In this document: positions 51,041 through 64,000 of the stretch, one piece after another | Layout of the letters: each line of letters opens with the position of its first letter | Position numbering within the stretch: the stretch's first letter is position 1 | Source: Azolla caroliniana | Lineage: Eukaryota > Plantae > Polypodiophyta | Direction of reading: 5' to 3' | Assembly (NCBI GenBank): GCA_043228905.1 | Contig: JBHGNT010000009.1 | Coordinates: forward strand, 6,138,001-6,202,000 | DNA length: 64,000 nucleotides | The notes under the pieces: model-generated | What the model was told of the DNA's origin: nothing | What the model saw: only the letters and a program-made list of their open reading frames with translations | The model's database searches: none | Program-made: the position numbers and the translations under genes

Positions 51041-52254
51041 TATTAACGTCTTCTAAGGCCAAAATTGGCCCATGAGACAAATGGTGTACAACAAAAATGG
51101 GATATTTACCCATTCATCGAAAGTAAAAATAAAAATAAGATAAAATAGAGTTTAAGCTTAAATAGTTCTAAGAAAACAACAAACATGTTCTATATAAAAA
51201 ACATGTTCTACAATGAGAATGATTCTATACTAGGCCTAATTTCATTTCCATCCAAGTCTCTCGAAGAGAAGCGGGGGGTCAAAGGGTTGCCATGATGTGG
51301 ATGTGGCCCGTGGTCCCCATGTAAGAGGTACCCCAACCATAGCTTCGAGTCGGCGTAGCTCACGTTCCCTTATCTTCTTAATCTTTTCTACTCCACGTTG
51401 ACTTGTGTTGAAGCCCAACATCCGAGGACGTTTGGTTGCTCTTTGTATTTCTGCTTCCTCAAGGGAGAGGCCGAGCGGCATAAGTGTATCCACATTCATC
51501 GTCTCCCCATGTTCCTGAAAAATTACACTAGGTACATGTTGATGAGTAGTAAAAGGGTTATGATTAACACTTTGTAATTTATCCTCCCTATGTTGTTTTA
51601 GCTCTAAGATATACCTACCTAGTCTCTTTACACTCGGGGTATCTAATAGTTTGGAGAGGGTGGGAGAGGGTCCTAGTATGTCTTGGTATTCCGCCCGTAT
51701 CTCGGCATAAGTTGGGCACTTGCATGTGAAGTGATACTCATCCTCTATCTCTATGTGGCATAACCTACATAGCCTTTCCTCTCTAGGGACTCTATTAGCT
51801 CGACCATTCTCAATCTCAAGTTGGTGAGATGATATCCTAAGTTGTCCAATGGCCACCCTTAGTGCATTTGATAAGAAAGTATCTAGGTATCTTGGTCGTG
51901 TAATAAACCCTAACTTAGAGAAGTGCAAGAAGTGTTCCTTATAGTACACCATTTTAGATGGGAGTGGCTCTCGTGGGGTGATCCATTTGTATCGAGTGTA
52001 GATTTGCCATATGTCTTGGCGTATCACTTTATTACGATCTTCACGAGAGATTAAAGTTTGATCAGTCCCATGGTTGTACTTAAGGGGAGGTAGGTTATTA
52101 ATGTCTATGCCATTTGCAAATAACCAACTCACCACAATGCTATACCAAGAGTTGGTGTCTCCAGACACATGTAAGGATCGGGATGCCTCAAAGGCTCGAC
52201 GGGATATCCTATCTTGTGGTTGACTATGTATCCGATGAATAAAAGCTACCACTT

Positions 52255-52314
<60 letters not shown>

Positions 52315-52530
52315 CTTCTAGAATACTCTAGAGATCTTCTAGATTACTATACATTCTAGGATAACGTAGAATATTCTAGAGTGTTCTCTATTACTTATAA
52401 ATAGGGATCTACCACTCATCCCAAACCTAAATTGGCTCAACACCATTTTGTAGCCTACTCTTTGTAATCCATTTTACTCTTCAATATAATAATTCTCTTT
52501 CAAATATTTCTCTCTCTCTCTCTCTCGACA
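50635..52530 (+). mobile_element. Insert M: solo-LTR-like TG...CA element in the PPT of D, containing a LINE fragment
   Basis: TGTCA...CGACA ends, TSD ACTCC (50630-50634, 52531-52535), TCTAGA-rich U3-like repeats, TATAAATAG near 52396. Confidence 0.8.
51005..52256 (-). mobile_element. 5'-truncated non-LTR retrotransposon (LINE) 3' end
   Basis: ORF 52252-51242 has LRISSHQLEIENGR...ERLCRLC...EDEYHFTCKCP, a LINE ORF2 C-terminal CCHC region. It is followed by a 3' UTR and a (TTTC)n tail. Confidence 0.8.
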
Positions 52531-52535
52531 ACTCC

Positions 52536-55500
52536 TCCTCTTTAAAACATTGCACTCTTGCAATGGAAAGTTAGGGAAGTTAGTTCTATGAGTATTTTCG
52601 CGTTCCCATGTAGCATCTTTTATTGATTTATCCATCCATTTTATTTTAAAGTCTCGGATTTCTTTAGTACGTAATTTTTTTGTTTTAACATCAAGAATTC
52701 TTTCTAGTACATGTGGTTTAGAAGATAATTCTTCAGAAGTAACCAAAGTTTCAGTTGTAACTGTATTGTCGCCAGAACCTAGAAGTTCTTTTAGATGACT
52801 CACATGAAAAACTGGATGAATTTCAACACCATCGGGAAGAGCAAGACAATAGGCTGATGACCCAATGCGTTTGAGGACTGAAAAGGTCCACAAAAATGTG
52901 GGGCTAACGTAGCGCAGTTACTCTTAGACAATGTCTTAGAATTGTGAGGTACACGTAAAAATACCTTCTATCCAGGGTTGAATACATGAGGTTTCCTATG
53001 ATGATCGGCATAAAAACGCAGTCTATCTTGAGCTGTTTTTATATTATCTCTTGCAATATGCAACATATCTTGCATATCCCGAAGAAAGTTTTGCGTACTT
53101 CACAACTCATCATGATGTATATTAACATCAATCAAGGCTCGTGGCTGAAAACCATACATCAACATAAAAGGACTATATCTCGTCGATGTATGCTTGGAGT
53201 TGTTATAAGCAAACTCCAAAATTGGGAGATAACGTTCCCATTTTGTTGGTTTTGTACCAACGTATGCTCGAAGCATGTCGTCAATAATTTTATTTACTCG
53301 TTTTGTTTGTCCATCGGATTGAGGATGATCCGTGGAGCTCATGCTCAATGTAGTTTCTAACTTCTTAAAGACTTGCGTCCAGAAGTCACTAGTAAACTTT
53401 GGACCTCAATCACTCACGATATCCATCGGTAACCCATAAAAACAAAATAACCCGTCAACGAATTGGTAAGCCAATTCAGGAGTTGTTACCGCGGTTTTCG
53501 TAGCAATAAATCTGGCTATTTTAGTTATTCTATCAACCACAACCCAAATGGCATCATGAACTTTTTGGGTGCGATGAAGGCTAACAATAAAATCCATGGA
53601 TATACTTTCCCACTTATTATTGGGAATGTCCAAGGGATGTAAAAGTCATGCGGCTTTAAGTCGCTCGGCTTTGTTAACCTGACATTGGTGACATTTAGTC
53701 ACATAGCTATGTATGCCAGGACGCATCTTACGCCAATAAAATTGAGTGGAGATGAGAACGAGTGTACGATGTATTCCAGGGTGCCCTGTTGAGGGTGCGT
53801 CATGGCATTCAAAACGAATCATCTTTTTTACCTCAGGTAAATCTGGAACACAAACCTTCCCATTATGGTAGAGCAGACCGTTAGCAATGTAGAAGTATTC
53901 CTTCGAGGATGTGGTGGTGTCTATTCCAGACTCAACTCTTGCCTAGTATTTCGCAAAATAATTGTCATTAAGATACTTTCCTCGAAGGTGATCATAAAGA
54001 TATGATGTTATTTTAGTGAAGCTAAGCATGTTAACTTCACGGATGCGACTTAGTGCATCAACGATAGTGGTCATGGAACCTTTACGATATCGTATGGAAA
54101 AATCAAAGTCATGGATGAGATCATCCCATCGTGCCTTACGACCTTTAAGGTCTTGTTGGTCACAAAAATATTTCAAGGACTCGTGTTCCATAGTTACCAC
54201 AAAGCGATTTCCATAAAGATAATGGCGCCATGTTTTAAGTGCATGTATAACTGCAAATAATTCCTTTTCTTGAATGGTATACCGACATTGAGCACAATCA
54301 AGTTTCTTACTCTCGAATGCTATTGGTTTACCACCTTGATATAAGGCAACACCTATAGCATATTCTCTTGCATTAGTTTCAACCTCAAAAGGTTTTGAAG
54401 GATCAGGTAAACGAAGCGAAGGAGCCTTGCACACTAGGTCCTTGAGTTCCTTAAAGGTGAGGTCTAGTGTAGCATTCCACACAATAGGTTTTGTAGACTT
54501 ACGCGTTTGACCTTCTCGAAGATCAATAAACGACGTCATCAATTGGGAGTAATTACGATGGGATTTTCACAAAAACCCGACAAAACCAAGGAATGATTGA
54601 ACTTCTCGAATATTCCGAAGAGTGGGTCAAAGCTTGATTTTCTCGATGCGAGAAGGATCGATTTCAACTCCTTGTTCGGTTATGAGATGTCCAAGATAAG
54701 TAATTGATTTCTTCAAGAACTCACATTTTGAGATCTTTGCATAAAACCGTTTGTCACGCAATCTTTGTAAAACAAAGCGGACATGTTTAGCATGTTCTTG
54801 TAATGTACAGCTATAAACTAAAATATCATCCAAGAAAATAACGACAAATTTTCCAAGTTGTTCTCGGAAAATGTCATTCATTTCTTGTTGAAATATAGCC
54901 GGAGCATTGGTCAAACCAAAAGGCATAACCAAAAAGTCATAATGGCCATAGCGTGTACGAAATGTCGTTTTAGGAACATCGTCCTCACTTATACGAATTT
55001 GATGGTAGCCAGTACAGAGATCAAGTTTCGTAGAATACCGAGCTCCTTGGAGACGGTCAATTAGATCGTCAGCCCGGGGCAATGGATACAAATTCTTGAT
55101 CGTCACTTTATTCAAGCGTCGGTAATTAATACACATACGCCATGTGCCCTCTTTCTTTTTAACCAAGAGAACTGGTGCACCCCATGGAGATTTACTATAA
55201 TGTATATAACCCATTCGTAAATAATCCTTGAGTTGCTTCGATACCTCATCCTCTTTGGATCGACTTAAGCGATAAGGAGGTATACTTATTGGTGCAACGC
55301 CAGGTACAATATCTATACAATGGTCTATATTATTACATTTAGGAGGTAACCCATCTGGTAGTTCACTCGGAAAAACATCACGAAAATCATTTAAGATTTC
55401 ATCAAGTTGTTGTTGTTCAAAATATGTTATTTGAACCGAGAAATTATCGATATTGTAAACATGAATGTCCGGATCAAGTACACAATAACGTAGAGTAGAA

Positions 55501-56943
55501 CAAGACAACTCGGATATTGATGGAGAGGAAACAATCGAGAGGGATTGTTTTTTTACACATTGAATAAAATTAGTACAATCATTCAGTACAAAAGTTATTG
55601 AATGATGAACCCATAGATAAAGAAGAGTTTTTATTATAGAACCAAGGATAACCCAGTATTACATTAGTGGTACAAAGATTCATTACATGGAAGTCTACTT
55701 CCTCTATATAAGTATCAATAGAAATTCCTAATGAATGAATCGCCCCGTATATGTATTGTACTCTTCCATCAACCAAGTGCACCATATAGCTGTGATCACT
55801 TACAATGGGTTGGATTCCCCATATCTGAACCAAACGATCATTCACAAAGTTGTGTGAGCTTCCCGAATCAAACAAAATTGTACGGGAGATCCATTGATAT
55901 ACCCGTTTGCACGTAGTAAATCATTGGGACCCAATACATTGTGAGGGAAAGAACATTGACAATTACTTAAATGATGTGTATAGACTTGAAGGACATTAGG
56001 AATCTGACCTTTATGGTCTGCAGCTTTAGCTTTGTTGTCATGCTCTTTCCGTTGGAGCTTTCGACATTGCTCTTTTGTATGACCCTTCTTTTTGCAGAAT
56101 ATGCAAAAAGGATGTTGTCGGTTACAATCGCGATCCATGAATTCATTGGGTGTCTTGCGTTTCCCAACAGATTGCGACTGCTTAATCCCGGGCACTTTGT
56201 TGGGTTTGTTGTGGTCCTTCTTCGAAGTGCATTGACAACGAAGAACTATTTCAACAGCCTCTTCGAAGGATTTTGGATCCTTATCGTGCACTATCCAATG
56301 ATAGTCTGAATTGGGGATTCCATTGACAAAACAAGCTATTAACCAGTTGTCCCCTTCTAGACTTGATTTTTGGATTTGGGTTCTAGCATGGTGAACATAG
56401 TCTTCTAGCGAGGAAAACTTCTTGCTAGAGAGGTTCATTAAAGCTTGTGCTGCCTCGGTTCGAGAGGGAGGTTGCAAAAATTGTCCCTTGAAAATTGTGA
56501 CAAAATTTGTCCAGGTATCGGGCAATTTCCCCAAAGTACGGAGCCCACGCCACCAAGCGGCGGCCTTACCCCCGTAGTTCTCGACCGACATATGAAATCT
56601 TCGTACTATCTGACATGGGATAGAGCTCAAAATGAGACTCCCATCGGCCCAGCCACATGTAGATTGCTTCTTCGGTTCTTTCCTTTTTTTCTCCCGTAAA
56701 TGGCTTAACGACAAATGATGGTTCACCCTGTCGCTCATCAGGTCTATTAGTCTCACGTTGTAAACTAATGACACGTGCCTCAAGAGCACTTTGAGATTGC
56801 CGAAGTTCAGTCATCTGTTGAGCGGTGAAACTAAGGTATTGGCTTATTTGTGAAAAATACATCTCAATGGACATTTGTCCATGAGAATTTCCTTAAGTTC
56901 CTCCCCCTTGAGCGAATGACATCGGGTCGTTATTTTGAGCCAT
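52536..56943 (-). pseudogene. gag-pol: Degenerate Gag-Pol of D
   Basis: Fragments collinear with A 4239-8650, with many frameshifts and stops. Confidence 0.92.
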
Positions 56944-59939
56944 TGAATGATCATTTCTAGCAAGGAAATAGGATAAGCCCAGACAAATAGTCATAACATC
57001 ATGTCGTGATATGAACATATCATGGGCAAACATTAATCGATATCATGATCTCACGTCAATACCCCTCTAAACGTATGAGATGAGGTTGAAGATCAGGTTA
57101 CTATGGTAACACAAAGGTGTTTTAAAAACCATGGGGGTGACAAATTAATGTCTTTCCTTGATCTCTATATCGATTTTTTCATGGCGGCTCCCCGAGGCTC
57201 AACCATGTATGTTCGTGTCATGAATAGTTTATACATGAAAAAAATGTTAAGAATAAACTATGTTCGACTCTTTAAGTCCTATTACGAGGACCCCGAAGTG
57301 CACTTAGACCTCAAGTCTAAACATGTGTTATAGTCATATGTATCATGGTCTTGGTCATATTTGAACTCAAGACCTCGAAAACAAATACATTAAACACTTG
57401 AGCCAACCAAGTAAGTTGCTCTTCTTTAATATTTAATATTTAATGTGTATAACATATATGCGAGGCATTTGCCCATATATGTTTTTTTAAAAGAAACATA
57501 TATGTCAAGAGTCCTTATTTCCCCCTCATTTACCACAAACTTTGTTGGTACGCTACCTAACCTAAAGTCTCGTAATTACAATGGCATACACCAAAGTGCA
57601 ACCTAATGGTCAAGCCAAATGAGCCCTCTTTTCGTAGTAGGCCCACGTGGCCCATCACATGGTTACATCATTACGAATGCCTTTCGTAAGAATGATCTCA
57701 TGGTGGCATCGTATCCATGTAATGAGGGAGGGATGTTGGATATGTGTGTCATAAGAGTGACCTCACATCAAGTGGGTCAAGCCCTACGTTCTCAACACCA
57801 TTGTGGCTAAGATTGTTTCATTACGTAACGAAATCGAAGTCACCAACGGGGATGTCAACAATAAAAATTTGTTGAAAAAGGGATGGTGACAACGCCATTC
57901 TCACAAAAATGTGAGGACGGCCACCAAGATCCTTTCCTCGAAAAGGAAAACATTCGATATTGAAATCACGTAATAACTTATATACACATATGTATATTAT
58001 CACATATATACGATCAAATACATATACACGTGACCACGTATGCATATATAAAAGAAATCGTAATATAAAATAGCCAAAAATGATGTAATCGAGATACGTA
58101 ATCGAGGCATATACCCTCTACGCACACAAAACATCTAAAAATAAGGGTTAATCATAATACGCAATTGAGGTATTGACCTCATACGCATATGACACCAAAC
58201 GCATATCATTTACATACAAATCAAGGTAATGACCTCATACGCAAACGTAACATATATTTGTGAACGTAATACGTAATTGAGGTATTAACCTCGTACGCAT
58301 ACAACACTAATCACATATTAAATATATGTGAAATGAGGTATTGACCTCGTGCACATATGTAAACGTTTTATATAACCAATTAATTACCACTACAACATCA
58401 TTGCATTAATGAAAAAAAATTACATATAACCATATACATGATTAGAAGGGAGAAGAAAAAATAGAAAAAAAACCAAGAAAGATTACCGAAGTTCCTTTGT
58501 TGATCGCTGTCTGGATCAAGGCCGACCGCACATCAATCGATCACCATCAATTAATTACCACTACAACATATGTAAACGTTTTATATAACCAATTAATTAC
58601 CACTACAACATCATTGCATTAATGAAAAAAAATTACATATGACCATATACATGATTAGAAGGGAGAAGAAAAAATAGAAAAAAAACCAAGAAAGATTACC
58701 GAAGTTCCTTTGTTGATCGCTGTCTGGATCAATGCCGACCGCACATCAATCGATCACCATCAATCAAGAAGACAAAAGACAACAAAAGAAACATTAGAAC
58801 ATGAGCTCTGAAACCAACTACTAGAGATATGATCTAATGTAAGCGTATGATAAGGAGAAAAGAATGATCGATAGATAGAAAGAAAGGAGAGAGAGAAAGA
58901 AGGGTGTCGATCCACCTGACCACCCCCGAGCGAAGGGATCGAGACGGACTCGAGCCTCGATCGACATCCCATACCACCGTGGTGGCGTCGAGTCGTACCT
59001 GGTGCTGGCACACTCGCTACAAGAGTTGAACCACCATGAAACAGAGTCTCGGCGTAGTCAAAAGATGATGAAATGAGGGTAGTTAGGCCTCTTATTTATA
59101 GCGATACCCAAGGCCCCCATGCAAGTTCACACTTGGCCTAATGGGTTGTCTCAATCCCGAGGATTAAAAACACTCTCGTTTAACCCTCACACTTATCCAC
59201 ATGTATAGAATACTACGGTAAATTCTCACCATGGGATATTATATGGTCATGCCCGTAACATTCCTCCTCTTCCACGATTTCCTAGTGGGCTTTCGGCACC
59301 GGTTCTGATTGTTCCCTAACATGTCGATGCAACTTTATCTTAATTGGTTTCACCATTTTCTCCGGAACTTTCTCCACCGTTGCTTCTCTCCAGGGCTCCG
59401 AAACTGCTTCTATCCATCGGGATGCTTCCCCGGTTGTCCATCCGAGGGTATGTTTGGCCAGGAGCTGCTACCGTTTGGATGCCTAGTTTGGTGTGGTGTC
59501 TTGTCATGCCCGTTTCTTTGGTTTGATGACGCGTGTCGGTGGACGTAACACAGTAAGCCACTGTGCTAATCCGACCCAAGCTTTCTTGTCATCCATCACG
59601 GCTGCAATCACCGTTCATAAGGAGTTGACCACTATTACCGAACAGTCCACTTTTAGGCCTTCAAATGTTATGATAATGAATACGGCCCTGTTCTTGGGCA
59701 AGGCTGACGTCACACCGCTTCCCCTCGCCTTTTCATTATGCCCGTTCAATATCTCGAATATCTCTCCTTTTTTCCTGATCGTACTACTATTGTTATGATT
59801 ACTTTTATTATTGTTATTATTATTATCTTCTTCTTCTTCTTTCATTCCGGTACAACTTAGATTCCTGCCGTTCCGAGTGTCGTTGAGTCATCCGACACAT
59901 TCCTGTTTACCAGCTCTAGTCTCGTTCAAGCTGCGCCGG

Positions 59940-62380
59940 TATTAGAGATTAGGTACTAAAGTAAGCATAAAATAAGGATATATCAATGATAGATCTAGAA
60001 AGAATAGAGAGAAAAGAGAGAAAGAAGGGTGCCGATCCACCCGACCACCCCCGAGCGAAGGGATCGAGACGGACTCGAGCCTCGATCGGCGTCCCATACC
60101 ACCGCCTTGGCGTCGAGTCGTACCTGGATGATAGCGCGCTTGCTACAAGAGTCGTTCCACTCACGGACAGAGTCTCGACGTAGTCAATGCATGATGAAAT
60201 GAGGGTAGCTAGGCCTCTTATTTATAGTAATTCTCAAGGCCCCCAGCCATGTTCACACTTGGCCTCATGGGTTGTCTCAATCCCGAGGATTAAAAGTAAT
60301 CCTCCCCTTCTTTAGACTCTTTGTTTAACCCTCACACTTATCCACGTGTATAGAATACTACGACAATTCTCACCACGGGATATTATATGGTCATGCCCGT
60401 AACATACTCCCCCTCTTTAAAACATTGCACTCTTGCAATGGAAAGTTAGGGAAGTTAGTTGTTAGAGTCGTTTCGCGTTCCCATGTGGCATCTTTGATTG
60501 ATTTATCCATCCATTTTATTTTAAATTCTCGGATTTCCTTAGTACGTAATTTTTTTGTTTTAACATCGAGAATTCTTTCTGGTACATGTGGTTTAGAAGA
60601 TAAATCTTCAGAAGTAACCAGAGTTTCAGTTGTAACTGTATTGTCACCAGAACCTAGAAGTTCTTTTAGACGACTTACATGAAAGACTGGATGGATTCCA
60701 ACACCATCAGGAAGAGCGAGACGATAGGCTGATGATCCAATGCGTTTGAGGACTGTAAAAGGTCCACAAAACCGTGGGGCTAACTTAGCGCACTTACCCG
60801 TAGACAATGTCTTAGAATTGTGAGGTACACGTAAAAATACCTTCTGTCCAGGGCTGAATACACGAGGTTGCCTATGATGATTGGCATAAAAACGCGCTCT
60901 ATCTTGAGCTGTTTTTATATTATCCCGTGCAATATGCAACATATCTTGCATATCCCGAAGAAAGTTTTGCGTACTTCGCAACTCATCATGATGTATATTA
61001 ACATCAATCGGGGCTCGTGGCTGAAATCCATACATCAACATAAAAGGACTATATCCCGTCGACGTATGCTTGGAGCTGTTATAAGCAAACTCCAAAATTG
61101 GGAGGTAACGTTCCCATTTTGTTGGTTTTGCACCAACGTATGCTCGAAGCATGTCCTCAATAATTTGATTTACTCGTTCTGTCTGTCCATCGGATTGAGG
61201 ATGATCCGTGGAGCTCATGCTCAACGTAGTTTCTAACTTCTTAAAGACTTGCGTCCAGAAGTCACTAGTAAACTTCGGATCTCGGTCACTCACGATATCC
61301 ATCGGTAACCCGTAAAAACGAAATAACTCATCAACGAATTGGTAAGCCAATTCAGGAGCTGTTACCGTGGTTTTAGTAGCAATAAATCTGGCCATTTTAG
61401 TTAGTCTGTCAACCACAACCCATATGGCATCATGACCTTTTTGGGTGCGAGGAAGGCTAACAATAAAATCCATGGATATACTTTCCCACTTATTATTGGG
61501 AATGTCCAAGGGATGTAAAAGTCCTGCGGCTTTAAGTCGCTCGGCTTTGTTAACCTGACATTGGTGACATTTAGTCACATAGCTATGTATGTCAGGACGC
61601 ATCTTAGGCCAATAAAATTGAGTGGAGATGAGAACGAGTGTACGATGTATTCCAGGGTGCCCTGCTGAGGGTGCATCATGGCATTCAAAAAGAATTCTCT
61701 TTTTGACCTCAGGCAAATCTGGAACACAAACCTTCCCATTACGGTAGAGCAGACCGTTAGCAATGTGGAAGTATTCCTTCGAGGGTGTGGTGGTGTCTGT
61801 TCCAGACTCGACTCTTGCCCAGTATTTTGCAAAATAATTGTCATCAGGATACTTTCCTCGAAGGTGATCATAAAGATCTGATGTTATTTCAGTGAAGCTA
61901 AGCATGTTAACTTCACGGATGCGACTTAGTGCATCAGCGACAGTATTCATGGAACCTTTACGATATCGTATGGAAAAATCAAAGTCCTGGATGAGATCAA
62001 CCCATCGTGCCTTACGACCTTTCAGGTCTTGTTGGTCACAAAAATATTTCAAGGACTCGTGGTCCGTAGTTACCACAAAGCGATTTCCATAAAGATAATG
62101 GCGCCATGTTTTGAGCGCATGTATAACCGCAAATAATTCCTTTTCTTGAACGGTATACCGACATTGAGCAGAATCAAGTTTCTTACTCTCGAATGCTATT
62201 GGTTTACCATCTTGATACAAGACAGCACCTATAGCATAATCGCTTGCGTCGGTTTCAACCTCAAAAGGTTTTGAAGGATCGGGTAAAAGAAGTGAAGGAG
62301 CCTTGCATACCAAGTCCTTGAGTTCCTTAAAGGCGAGGTCTAGTGTAGCATTCCACACAATAGGTTTTGTAGACTTACGC
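59940..62380 (-). mobile_element. Element K: 3' part of a young A-family chromovirus (3' LTR 59940-60404, PPT, RH-IN-chromo), interrupted by L
   Basis: Near-identical to A 6683-9123 in reverse orientation. Confidence 0.95.
60391..62380 (-). CDS. pol: Open RNase H-integrase-chromodomain part of K Pol (partial)
   Basis: Uninterrupted ORF of about 660 aa, almost identical to A. Confidence 0.9.
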
Positions 62381-64000
62381 TGTCGTAGTGTAGGTTGCAC
62401 ACTATGTGGAAATTATATTTTTGTCCCTCCGGATAGAGAATGGAGTGCTCGGTGAGAACCGGAAGAAAACGGCATACCGGCAAGGAGGAAAACGGCATAC
62501 CGGCAAGGGGGAAAAACGGCATACCGGCAAGGAAGAAAACGGCATACCGGCAAGGAAGAGCCGGATAAAGAGACATAAATGTAAAAAAAAGAAAATACTC
62601 ACTACTGCGCAGGGCGTGATTCGAACTCTGCACCTCCACGTTGACAAACCCCAACCTTACCATTACATTAAATTATCTTAAGTGTTTTAAATATAGATTT
62701 AATATGTATAAGACCTTTATTTATGCATACCTTTATTAAAAGGTAAATCGTGTATTTCTTTAATATATGAAAAAGAAAAAACATGAGACACTAAAAAATA
62801 ACTCATGCACATCTAGCGTGCATGAGCCCTATACTTAGGAAATAAATAAATAAATAAATAAATAAGCATCACATGCACATTTAGTGTGCATGAACATATG
62901 AGAAAAAGCATGTAGCTATGCTTAGTCTCTCCCATCACTATATAAGGATGGGGAGCACATTGTAGTTGTTGTTGATTATTTGGATTAAGTATTAATCAAT
63001 ACAAAAATTATTCGTGGGATTCACGATTTATACATCTACTTCTCTCTTAACACCCTAAGTACCAATTAATATAGTATACTCGTGTGATTCACGAGTTTCT
63101 TATCTTTCTCTTTGCTATTTACTCATAATTAATCTCTATCTCACGAACTTCTTTCTCCTAGTCCAAGACCTCTGTGGTTCCCACCCGACTCACGCAACGA
63201 TCCGGAGCCGAAAGGCACGACACAGTTGGTGAACCCGACGTGAAGACGGGTGGCAAGGAGATGGAGGCTCAACAAGCTAACAATATGATGGCGATGTTCG
63301 AACGGATGCTTCAAGAACAACGCACGATGTCGGAGATTTCGGCATCAGTAGAGCGGCTCGTGCAACGCAACGGGCAATTTAATGGTAAGGATGTGTCGCG
63401 ATATTTGCAGGACTACAAGGCGGAGATGCTCCGGTGCCGGGCTTCGGAAGGACTGCAAGTGACATCCTTTAACCGGGTGGCGACCGACGGGCTTCAAGGG
63501 AGTATCCACGGGTTGCAACAACAAAATCCGACGTGGGAAGCATTCGAAGAGGCGTTAAAGACCACGTTTGCCATCGAGGACTCCTCCAAGGCAACGCGGA
63601 GGGGATTCGAGGATTGGGTGGAAACGTCAGGTAAGGGGCTGAAGGTCCTCGAAGTGTTTTCGACATTCGAAAGTCGGTTCGGGAGGTTGTCCGCGAGAGA
63701 TCAAACTATTCTTGCGCCGGACAAAGTCATCATGTTTTTGCGAGCTGTGGACGTCCGGGACCGGAAAGATCTCGGAGTGCTTCTTGAGGACACGACCACC
63801 GAAAGCGGCCTCACCGAAACATGGGAAAGCGTGCAGGATATCGTCGCGCGGTACACGAAGAGGGGGCAATGGCTTGCCAACGAAGAAAAGAGGGTTTCGG
63901 AACCGATTCCGAAACCGAGAACGGGACTGGAAGACCATCAACCGAGGGCTCGGGAGATTACGGCCGAGAAGGGAGTCGACGCGTCTACGGTGGAGCAGCT
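62381..64000 (+). mobile_element. Element L: 5' part of an H-family gypsy (LTR 62381-63222, tRNA-Trp PBS 63227-63244, gag)
   Basis: TGTCGT...ACGACA LTR of 842 bp, the same PBS as H, and gag homologous to H. It runs off the window. Confidence 0.92.
63261..64000 (+). CDS. gag: Gag of L (partial, open to window end)
   Basis: MEAQQANNMMAMFERMLQEQ..., collinear with 23883-24620. Confidence 0.85.
   Translation, partial: MEAQQANNMMAMFERMLQEQRTMSEISASVERLVQRNGQFNGKDVSRYLQDYKAEMLRCRASEGLQVTSFNRVATDGLQGSIHGLQQQNPTWEAFEEALKTTFAIEDSSKATRRGFEDWVETSGKGLKVLEVFSTFESRFGRLSARDQTILAPDKVIMFLRAVDVRDRKDLGVLLEDTTTESGLTETWESVQDIVARYTKRGQWLANEEKRVSEPIPKPRTGLEDHQPRAREITAEKGVDASTVEQ

Larger units (their letters stand above)
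50169..59260 (-). mobile_element. Element D: older full-length chromovirus of the A family
   Basis: LTRs 50169-50628 and 58819-59260, TSD TTCCT (50164-50168, 59261-59265), mutated PBS TGGTTTCAGAGC at 58805-58816. Confidence 0.94.
48006..59939 (-). mobile_element. Element I: degenerate Athila-like copy (extra ORF plus truncated 3' LTR 48006-48136), interrupted by D and K
   Basis: Segments 48006-50168 and 59261-59939. The minus strand encodes coiled-coil pieces ending LDQSILDILDED* and carries the same pre-LTR motif as E and G. Confidence 0.8.

Overview
Eukaryotic, plant-type transposon-dense DNA with no host gene, RNA gene or CRISPR array that I can support. The element mix suggests a moss such as Physcomitrium, which is inference only. 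Almost all 64 kb resolves into nested LTR retrotransposons whose ends, primer-binding sites (PBS) and target-site duplications (TSD) can be read directly. There are three chromodomain Ty3/gypsy copies of one family with TG...TA LTRs (A 2112-9123, D 50169-59260, K 59940-62380+). There are three Ty1/copia elements (B, C, F) plus a copia solo LTR. Four Athila-like gypsy copies (E, G, I, J) occur, three showing a large extra 3' coiled-coil ORF. Two fungal/Ylt1-like gypsy copies (H, L) are primed by tRNA-Trp. Two further solo-LTR-like inserts and a 5'-truncated LINE complete the set. The deepest nest is J>E>H>F>G. The strongest leads are: (1) the Athila-like family lacks a polypurine tract and has a conserved, covarying ~52-nt stem-loop next to the 3' LTR; (2) an antisense tRNA-type box A/box B/T-run module sits inside LTRs of two families; (3) a GGATTTT slippery site plus predicted H-type pseudoknot lies downstream of the protease in H; (4) the extra ORF ends in a conserved L[ED]QSILDxL motif. 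All coordinates were read by eye and family names need database confirmation.
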